Positions 53,377 through 64,000 of a stretch of 64,000 bases of DNA are shown piece by piece. The notes beneath the pieces were generated by a model, which did not search any database, was not told the DNA's origin, and saw nothing but the letters and a program-made list of their open reading frames with translations. A program made the position numbers and the translations under genes. Source of the DNA: Eledone cirrhosa (taxonomy: Eukaryota); assembly GCA_964016885.1 (NCBI GenBank), contig OZ024741.1:29326001-29390000 (forward strand), written 5' to 3'. Positions within the stretch are counted from its first letter, which is position 1; each line of letters opens with the position of its first letter.

Positions 53377-54101
53377 AGATTTGAATGGATACAGTTTAGT
53401 TGAAAGGAGTTTATTGACACGTGTTTCTATAACAGTTACATAACCTGAAAACAGCTGCTATCTACAAAGTATTAGTTATGTAGACATTCAATATTTCAAT
53501 GTTATTATTTACTGTCATTTCATCAGAATAATATTACTGAGGACCTGTTTGGTTTTTATAGAGAATATTAGGAGAGAGGGGTGAAGTTGTTAGAAGAATA
53601 GTTGAGGGAGTGGTTTTTTGATAGCAGTGAGAATTTTTGGTGGCAGTGAGTAATTAGATTCCCATCTGTTGTTTTGACATTTTTATAGAATATATTATTG
53701 GTTATTTTTCTAAATCTATAGAGGGATTAGAGATAGTAAAGATATGCGTGGTTGGTTTTGTGTTTGCACTTAATTAACATTCAGACTTAAATTTTTCTTT
53801 CAAGTGTACATATCCTTTCACCTACGCATTCACACACAAACATATTTGCACACCTCTACAAAATACATATACTCACATTCACATAGTAACATGTTCATAC
53901 TTACATACATATACACATGCATACATATATATATACACACATGTATTCGTGTACATACATACGCGTTCATGTGTATACATTTTCATACTCAACTTATCTT
54001 TATATACACACGTATAGACACACACATATATACATTCATACTCTAGTCTATGTGTATATATATAAATATACATACATATCTCTCTCTCTCTCTCTCTCTC
54101 A

Positions 54102-54177
<76 letters not shown>

Positions 54178-56588
54178 GCACTTTAATACATGAATACACT
54201 TACATCTAACTATACACATCAAACATATATATATATTTACTTATTTATATACATTTTCACATATATATACATACTTATAGTCGCTTTTAGACACATTCAT
54301 TATCGCATTTTTGCACCTATTCTCATCGGCATATCTTTCCATTATTAGTGTGGTAATTTGAGGTTATTAATATACATATATATGTTGAGAAGAAATTGTT
54401 TTTATATTTTTCTAACTAGATTGAGGTTTATATAGTTGGGGGGATGTCCCTTTTTTATGTAATATTCGGCTTGTACTGGGAAAAAAGGGTTTTAGTTCGG
54501 TGACGGCAGAATAATGTTCGTTCAATTCTGTTATTCAGCAATTTCTTCTTGTGTGTGATTATGTAATAAATCTCAAGATTACACAATTTGCAGAAATTTT
54601 GGCTCCTGGAAAAGCTTTGGGTTTTAGCTAATTTCTCCCATTTTAGGATAAACTTTTGATCGCTATCCCTGAGCGTCCAAGCTTTTTCTGCTAAAGTTGT
54701 TACATTTCTTTGGCTCTGGTGTTTTATTGAGTAAGAATGCCTATATAATCGAGATTTAAACGATGTTGCCGTTGATCCCACGTAATACCACTCGTTGCCT
54801 CCGGATTTAATGGTACACTTATAAATAATATTTTTTTCCAGGCAGTTATTGCTGGGGGGGGGGGGGCAGTTGTCAGGATAGGTGCAGTTACAGTTGTGTA
54901 CGTTGGGTTTTCTCTGGAGTAGTATTGCGGACGAACTTAGGTGTGGTTTATTTATGTTCTGTAGTGTATTATCTACTGTTTTTTTTTGTGTTCTTTGTAC
55001 TTAAGTTTTTAGTGTTTTCGTTTAGCCTTCTAGTATTGATCTTTTTTATGTGTTGTTCAAGGTTTAACGCTGTAGAGTATGACAGTCTTATAGTGGTATG
55101 GTTTAGGATTTTGTGGTATTTGTGTGATGTAGGAAAATGTCTCTTAATTATTTTAAAGAAGAGTACTGGTAAATTTGTACTAATGGAACTATTGTATTCG
55201 AGGTTATACCATAAGTACTCTTTGCATCGCTTTCTATTAGTTTTGTTTGTTGGTTTACTGGTGTGCATACTATGGTAGTAAGTGTGGTTTGGTGTTGTGT
55301 TATTATATCTACCTATGTGGGATTTATTTTGGGTGTTTTGATTGTTCCCATCTATATACTCTATTTTGTTGAGGTGGCCTGCTTTACTAAGGGCGTTATC
55401 GTAGTATTCGGCGTGTTCCTTATATACTTGTATGTTAGAAGATAGACCCGAGATTCTAAGGGAAATATTTTTAGGGATAGATTTAATTATAGAGATGGGG
55501 TGGTTAGTCCCAACATTTACGTATTTGAGATTTTCATTCAATTTATGAAACGGTTTAATCAAACCAGAGTTTAAATTGAGTCTGACATCCAGGAAGTTAA
55601 CTACTTTAAGGTTGTATTCATATGTTATAGTTAGTCCTATTTCGAGTAGTAGTTTTCTTATATCTTTGCGTAGTTTTTCTAGTTTTTGGTTATTTAGGTT
55701 TTTAACTAGGAGGAGAACATCATCGCGGTATATTCCGCCTTGGAGATTGCTGAATTTTTCCTGGAGTCTAAAGGCGATAAATAACCCCACAATATCAGTT
55801 ATTTCCGTCGAATAGTTAGAGCCCATTGCTATGTCAAAGTTAGAGGGTCTATCTTTACGTACCCAATAACTGTTCTCAAATTTGACTATAGTTTTCCTAG
55901 CTTCTAATATAATCTTAATTTCATCATTTGTAAGGTCAGAGTTATCCTTAGCAAACTTAATGGCTCTATTCAAAGTTTCAGGTGTTCTCAATGAGTAATG
56001 TTCATCGATATCAAACTGGATAAACTTAGATTTATTCTTATTGCTAATGCTATTAAACCATCTTATTGCTTCTTGGGTCTTCCCCCAGAGTTTAATGTTA
56101 ACCTTAGCCTTAATTTGGGGGATGATTCTATCTAAGATATATTTGCTTAGTTTACTTATATCTGATTTAGAGGGGCAGATTAATCTAATTTTAGGGTCAT
56201 TATCAAAGTTTACCTTATGGTCCTTAAGATTGAAGGTGGGTACCGCCGGTAAGAGTGGTCTTGTCCTATCTTCGATTCCGAGATTTTTCACTATTTCGCA
56301 TGCCTCTTCATTGATGTGTTTAAGAGTTACTTCATTCGTTTTTCTATATTTTTTATGTAATTCTTTTCGAATGAAGTTGTTGTATGTAGTGCAATCCTGT
56401 TTTCAGGTTATGTAACTGTTATAGAAACACGTGTCAATAAACTCCTTTCAACTAAACTGTATCCATTCAAATCTTTCTATTTTTCTCCGGATTACTTTTG
56501 GAATTACAACTGGAACCGTCGAGCAAACTCTACGTGAGCTGTCAATCTACTGTGGTGTAATATTTATATTTCAACACAACGGAAAATA

Positions 56589-56590
<2 letters not shown>
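53372..56590 (-). mobile_element. Penelope-like element (Hydra-clade-like), 5'-truncated, with inverted partial pseudo-LTR
   Basis: ORFs 54969-56291 (LKDHKVNF, FIQFDI, AMG, GIYRDD, FLDV) and 54455-54781 (GIY-YIG, CKLCNLE). CNCTYPDNCP linker at ~54865-54895. 53372-53454 is the reverse complement of 56397-56479. Confidence 0.95.
53411..53531 (-). ncRNA. Hammerhead ribozyme with ~90-nt stem II domain
   Basis: TTATT CTGATGA aATGACAGT...ACTGTTATa GAAAC ACGT GTC AATAA. Confidence 0.8.
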
Positions 56591-57897
<1,307 letters not shown>

Positions 57898-57924
57898 GTT
57901 GTGTGTGTGTATTTGAGTGTATTC

Positions 57925-58324
57925 CATCAGCTTAGCCCAAATGATGTTGGCATCACCTTTAGAGTACACCCAAGGCTTGAGCCCCGTGCTATCAGCCCAC
58001 GACAATAATCCCACTCGCATCACATAACAACAATACGGCACCATTATTTCACCTCAATTGGCCCTGCACTCTTTAACATTACACCAAATCACACCAAAGA
58101 AGAGACAGACCCCATCAAGTTCAAGAAGTCTTTGGATAAATTCTTTCAAGGAAATCCCGGATAAGCCTCCTACACCCGGATATGCCTCCGTAAACAATAA
58201 CTCTCTGCTCGAGTTGGCCATGGTGCCCAAACACTGATTTGTAAGGCTTCGCCAGGTGGTGCTATTAAGTTAGACTTGGCCTGGGCCAATACTGGCCGAA
58301 ACCTATCAAAGTTATCAAAGTTAT
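57925..58324 (+). mobile_element. CR1-like LINE 3' fragment
   Basis: Translation FTSIGPALFNITP...FKKSLDKF..IPDKPPTPGY..NNNSLL. Short tandem tail (TATCAAAGT)2. Confidence 0.7.
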
Positions 58325-58332
58325 ATATATAT

Positions 58333-58443
<111 letters not shown>

Positions 58444-58465
58444 TATATATATATATATTATATAT

Positions 58466-58533
<68 letters not shown>

Positions 58534-58534
58534 T

Positions 58535-58735
58535 GATTGCTACTTCTTGTCAGAAGAGTGCCATCCCTTCATTGAACATTGCATGGTCATGTGCACGAAG
58601 GTGACTTTTCAAACTCGCTTTTGTTTTGCAGATGCGACACATGAACTGTCTGTCTACTGTCATACCGGCCAGGGGTGTGTTTTCATGCATTTTACTATGT
58701 CTGGTCAGACCACCCACTGACTTGCATTTTCTTAT
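58535..58735 (-). mobile_element. Old RTE 3' zinc-finger fragment
   Basis: Minus-strand translation RKCKSVGGLTRHSKMH...CRICKTKASLKSHLRAH. Confidence 0.65.
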
Positions 58736-58813
58736 TCTAAATATACTCCCTCATTCCTATGTGGAAAAAGCAGGTTGAGTGCTTGAATTAAATTGCATCA
58801 ATATCTACCGTAA

Positions 58814-58947
<134 letters not shown>

Positions 58948-58972
58948 ATTGCTATATTTGAAGATAGTCATT

Positions 58973-59572
58973 CACACGCACTATCCATGTTGACTTCAGC
59001 TTTATTGTTAGTTAGTTCGTCAAAGCTCTTTCGTCACACATTCTCTGACCTCCTCAATGACGAGATTGAGTGAACCAATTAATACCAATAAGACGACAAG
59101 ACACAGAGAAGAAATGTCATTAAGGAGGTCACTGAATGTGTTACGAAATAGCTTTCATGAACTAACTAATATGTAGTAATAAAGCTGAAAGAAGAATCGA
59201 TAGTGCGTGTGTTTTTGGTAAAATTGATAAAGTTTTCACAATGACCACCCCAAAATAAACAAATTCCAGCAGAGCAGGATAGAGAAATCACTATCTTGAT
59301 AACGACCACTAACCAGAAATCATGATCGATAGTTATCCTCTGCAGCTTCTGCTGGAATCTGCTAGATGGCGTTTGCCTCCAGCTTCCAACATATATAGCT
59401 AAAATGCTTCCAAATGTTTGTTCGCAAACATACTGTATATATATATTGGATATGCAAATTTCACATATTTATATGTATACAGCTACGGCACAGCGAAAAC
59501 TTTAATAACAATATCTGTTTCAACACACGATTTCACATCAAGAATCTTGTAAAACAAATTCATAAACTCGTA
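58973..59572. mobile_element. PLE terminal fold-back related to 25080-25340, with degenerate HHRs
   Basis: 58973-59062 is inverted against 59115-59212. 59018-59062 (-) reads CGTCA TTGAGGA gGTCAgagaatgtgTGAC GAAA GAGC TT TGACG. 59505-59565 matches 25274-25337. Confidence 0.7.
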
Positions 59573-59577
59573 TGTGG

Positions 59578-59608
<31 letters not shown>

Positions 59609-59625
59609 TATATACACATACACAC

Positions 59626-59713
<88 letters not shown>

Positions 59714-59837
59714 ATGTATGTCTGTATTATGTAAAAGGTAAACAGAAATAACAACACAATCGTTACAGTATATGGAAGGGATATATTAGGTTAACGCTTG
59801 ATATTATACACACACATGCACACACACACACACCACA

Positions 59838-59940
<103 letters not shown>

Positions 59941-60211
59941 CGCCATATTATTCGAACTATGCCAGCATGTAAAACATATATTACTATTATATACCATACG
60001 ATAATTACATAAATACAAGCAGGTATAATCTGATACATGTTCAAGACATAATTTGATTTCTATTTCAATAATGTATCATTAGATCTCTCTCTCTCTCTCC
60101 CTCCCCCACTGTCTCACTTTCTCACTTTCTCCCTCCCCTTACTCTCCCCCTCTCTCTCCCCCTTCTCACTTTCTCTCTTTATCTTTCTATACGCGCACAC
60201 ATATATCTATC

Positions 60212-60248
<37 letters not shown>

Positions 60249-60295
60249 AATGAATAATAACAGGTAGACATCATAAAAAGGTAATTTATTCCAAG

Positions 60296-60408
60296 TGCTT
60301 ACAAATGTTTCAACAGTAGTTATACAGCCTAGTCACGCTACGTGAAAATTGGTAATTATTTGCAGAAACTCAATTTTCAAATGCTGCTTCTACTGTTTCC
60401 TCAGAGCA
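60296..60408 (-). ncRNA. Hammerhead ribozyme with ~86-nt stem II domain
   Basis: TGCT CTGAGGA AACAGTAG...CTACTGTT GAAAC ATTT GTA AGCA, about 50 bp from a (TA)n junction. Confidence 0.8.
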
Positions 60409-60513
60409 GAATGGTTAAAATGTAAATACCCTTGTATTTCTTAAAGGAAGTTATTGGGGAAGATAGAGTATAAAAGGAAGAGAGAAAGAGGAGGAGAGGG
60501 AGAGAGAGAGAGG

Positions 60514-60578
<65 letters not shown>

Positions 60579-61598
60579 TTTATGGGTTGGAGAAATGGGA
60601 GAGAGTGGTTTGAAGAATACAGATAGCTTAATCAAAATGTTGTGGTAGGGGTTTTATTATACTGTTTACTCTCAAGGTGGCAGCCCTAAGGCATTGTATT
60701 GATGTAGTCAAGATTGGGATTATTTATTACCACAGAGAGCAGGTTCATAGATGTGGAGAGGGAGGAAGGAAGACCGAGAGCGAGAGAGAGATAGAGATAG
60801 AGAGAGAGAGAGCGAGAGAGAGGGAGAGGGAGAGAGAAAGAGAGATAGAGAGGAGACGAAGGCTACGAGATGGGGGATACATCGAATTCATAGTTGTAGT
60901 CTACAAATCGCACTCAAGTATCCATTTATAATGATAAGCAAGGTATTGTCTTGTAGTGTGGGTCTGTGTATTATACAAATTATATTAATTATTTTATTAT
61001 ATTATTTATTTATTTTCTGTTTTCTTCATTTATTGCCATATATTTCTTCATATACATGGAAGAACCCCTCCCCCACCACCACCACTATGATGGTGGCAGG
61101 AGGGATGAAGAAAAAACACACACTGGATACTTATAAATTGTTAGCAGCAGCAAGATATAAGCTGACCACAACACCAACAACACTACCAGAATAATGGTAG
61201 AGGTCAAATATACTGAACAATAGCAAGCAAAAACACTACAGGGAGCCTCACCCCAGAAAGAATTCTATAGACTTCTGACTGAGTAATGCTTTCAGAACTG
61301 ACCAATGGGAAGTTTGACACTTTTTTTGTTATTTTGTTCCTTTAACACCTTGTCCCTTCTACCATTTTATCAATTGTTTAAGCTAACTCCAACAATAACA
61401 ACACTTAGAATGAGGAATGTTCTAATAACTGACCAATGAGAGGAGAAGAGGACCTTTGACACTGAAATTCGTTTGTTTGAATTCATATGACTCCAGTTCC
61501 TCAGTGAAATAACAACCCAACAAGGAACTGGGCATATCAGAGTATTGACAATATACACCTCAACAACATATGTACTTGTCTATACCATACTAATTCAA

Positions 61599-61653
61599 AC
61601 TGCCTGAAGAGGTCACAGCCAAAGATGGCTGTCACTGAAATATATATAACAGT
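61599..61653 (+). ncRNA. Hammerhead ribozyme motif
   Basis: ACTGc CTGAAGA GGTcACAGCCAaagaTGGCTGTcACT GAAA TATATA TA aCAGT. One stem I mismatch next to the core. Confidence 0.7.
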
Positions 61654-61947
61654 AATAAACGAAGCTAAATTTTAATCATTTGACTTTTATTTAACTGTTT
61701 TTTATATATAGTAAAATATTTAACAAACACACTATAACATTTTCTTATTCGACATCCTCCAACATTTCCAACATTATCTCTAAACACAACAATAAAATAC
61801 TAAATACTAAATCTCTTCCTTCCAACACTGAATATCATAATAATAGTAATAGTACTCCCGACGTCATTGTAAACCCTAGGCTAATTTCTGCAAACCCAAA
61901 TATAACGTCAAACACAACTTCGCTAAATGTTCTTAATCCCATTCTAA

Positions 61948-62457
61948 ATCAAGAAACTATTATTCCTATCGCAAATAACTTCTATAGATAACACTAGGTC
62001 ACTCGTTAATAATCTCTCTAATTGCAATTGCAATTGCCCTGCTAAAAATAAATGTCCTCTCAACAACCATTGTCTTGATAAAAACTTAATTTACGAATGT
62101 AAAGTTATAACTGACACCAATTCCTTCACCTATTTTGGCTCCACTTCCACCTCCTTTAAAGCTCGTCTTTATAATCATCATTCGTCTTTTAAATATAAAC
62201 TTAAAAGAACCAACACGGCTCTCTCAGAACTCATATGGTCCTTGAAAGACAAAAATATTAAATATAACATCTCTTGGAAGAAGGTTTCCTCTGCTTCCAC
62301 ATACTTGAACAGTTCTCTATCCAAGACTTGCAATCTCTGTCTGAATGAAAAATTTACCATTATATCTAATTTAGATTCTATAATAAATAGACGCACTGAC
62401 TTGTTTTCTATCTGCTTGCATAAATTCCACAGAACTTTCCATAAAGTATACAGCTAA
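61948..62457 (+). pseudogene. GIY-YIG endonuclease domain of a 5'-truncated Hydra-clade-like PLE
   Basis: Open frame without an ATG: CNCPAKNKCPLNNHCLDKNLIYECKV...TYFGSTSTSFKARLYNH...TALSELIWSLK...CNLCLNEK...CLH. Confidence 0.85.
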
Positions 62458-62497
62458 TATCCTAAAGTTTATCAATTCAGAATCCTTTTCTCAAAGG

Positions 62498-62536
<39 letters not shown>

Positions 62537-62893
62537 TTCTTTAAAAATATACCCATCTTTCTACCTTATTTCAAAGTTATTTATCATATTCTTTATCATT
62601 CCTATTCATCACTTCTCTTTCTTCCTTTTCCTTTTCTTTTCTTTTGCTTTTTCTTTTAATTTCTAACCCCTAATCTGTACCCTTTCTCACTGTGCCTAAC
62701 ATAGAAACAATTATTACACATACACTATATTCTTACTTTATATCACCTTGAAAAAATCCTTCGTAAATATAAACATTTTTTTGACGTTAGATTATTCATC
62801 CTCTATTCATTATTTTTTTCTCACTTTCATCTAACTTATTCATGCTCATCTCACAATATATCCTTACTTACATTACTTCTGTGTTTTTTTTAA

Positions 62894-63060
62894 TAATACA
62901 TATCAACATTTTCTTTCCATCGCACATATTAAACCCTTAAAATTATTCTTAATACATATTAACATTTTCTTTCCATCGCACATATTATTAAACCCTTAAA
63001 TATTATTCTTAATACATATTAACAATTTCTTTTCATCGCACATATTATTAAACCCTTCAA
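62894..63060 (+). repeat. Three tandem ~56-60-bp units in the PLE 3' region
   Basis: TAATACATAT.AACA.TTTCTTT.CATCGCACATATTA repeated three times. Confidence 0.9.
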
Positions 63061-63419
63061 TATACAAACCTTAACTTTACATTATTTTTCTCTTCGTCAA
63101 TTTTCAAATTCTTTTAATTTATACATTATCTTCCAACGGTTTTTCAACCTCTCTATGTAAAACAATACATTTTTCTCAGTTATAAAAGCTATCTCTCTGT
63201 CTCTCTATCACCCATCTCTCCTCCTATCTCATCCTTCCTCATTATATTCCTCCCCCTCCACTTTTTACTCTCATCTCCTCCTCTTTTTCATCCTTTCCAA
63301 CCTGCCCCCCCCCCCCCCAATTTTTTTTCCCCAATATCACACATCAATCTAAAACTACTTTTCAAATGTTGATTTAAAACTGCACTATCCACAAGTGTTT
63401 TTAACCTTCATATCATGTC

Positions 63420-63492
63420 CTATTTTATCTGATGAAAACACAAATGTCATTGCATGATGATATTTGTTTATGATATACGCATAATAAAATAG
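63420..63492 (+). ncRNA. Hammerhead ribozyme motif at PLE 3' end (GAAA mutated to GATA)
   Basis: CTATTTTAT CTGATGA...CAAATGTCAT...ATGATATTTG...GATA TACGCA TA ATAAAATAG, with a 9-bp stem I. Confidence 0.7.
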
Positions 63493-63521
63493 ATGGAACT
63501 CATTTAACCATCTTTTGATCT

Positions 63522-63610
<89 letters not shown>

Positions 63611-63635
63611 TATATATATATAATATATATATACA

Positions 63636-64000
63636 CGGGATAACAGGTTATCGTTATGGCAGTCCACTTAGATGTAGTCCAGTTGGAGAAGTTCTTGTAG
63701 TGGATAGTATTAACGTGTGGCTTACAAGACGTTTCCATAGTGATGCTGCGAGTTCGCGGTGATTTTTATGTAGTTTATACTTGGAGTAATAATAGATTGG
63801 CGCAAAATCAGGCGTATAGCGAACTCTAGACCTGCCAGATCAAAGAAACAATTGCCAGCAATGTGAATAACGCCCTTATTGTATAGCGAACCATGTCAAT
63901 CTTCTTTCTTGAATTATATATATATATATATACAATATATTAACAAATGGAAACTATATTTATAAAACCATATTTATTTCATTATACATATTTCAATTAT
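63636..64000. mobile_element. Family F and family G stubs
   Basis: 63640-63795 resembles 11130-11315. 63935-63995 matches 21568-21626 and 56652-56712. Confidence 0.7.

Noticed and set aside
62894-63060. CRISPR-like array
   Set aside because: Contiguous tandem units with no unique spacers, in eukaryotic context.

Overview
AT-rich, microsatellite-saturated animal DNA. The repeat repertoire suggests an octopus or other coleoid cephalopod (inference). No host gene is recognisable, and almost all short ORFs in the track are translated (TA)n/(CA)n/(CATA)n/(GGT)n repeats. The window is a nest of retroelements: a near-complete RTE LINE with C-terminal C2H2 fingers (44825-49320) and an inverted, deleted sister copy (5230-8640); Dong/R4-type RLE LINE fragments sitting in (CATA)n; six Penelope-like element (PLE) remnants, four with a CxCx5Cx5C-type linker (Hydra-clade-like); tRNA-derived SINEs; and piggyBac-type MITEs. 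The main finding is a dense set of short non-coding elements inserted in (TA)n as partial-tandem and fold-back structures. Together with the PLE termini they carry about 20 hammerhead ribozyme (HHR) motifs read by eye. One family reconstructs to a 323-nt circularly permuted monomer, and another (~430-480 nt) shows stem I covariation. Both look like retrozymes mobilised by the resident PLEs. Several HHRs are structurally unusual (giant stem II, type II-like permutation, bulged stem I). All alignments and folds were done by eye, so boundaries are approximate.
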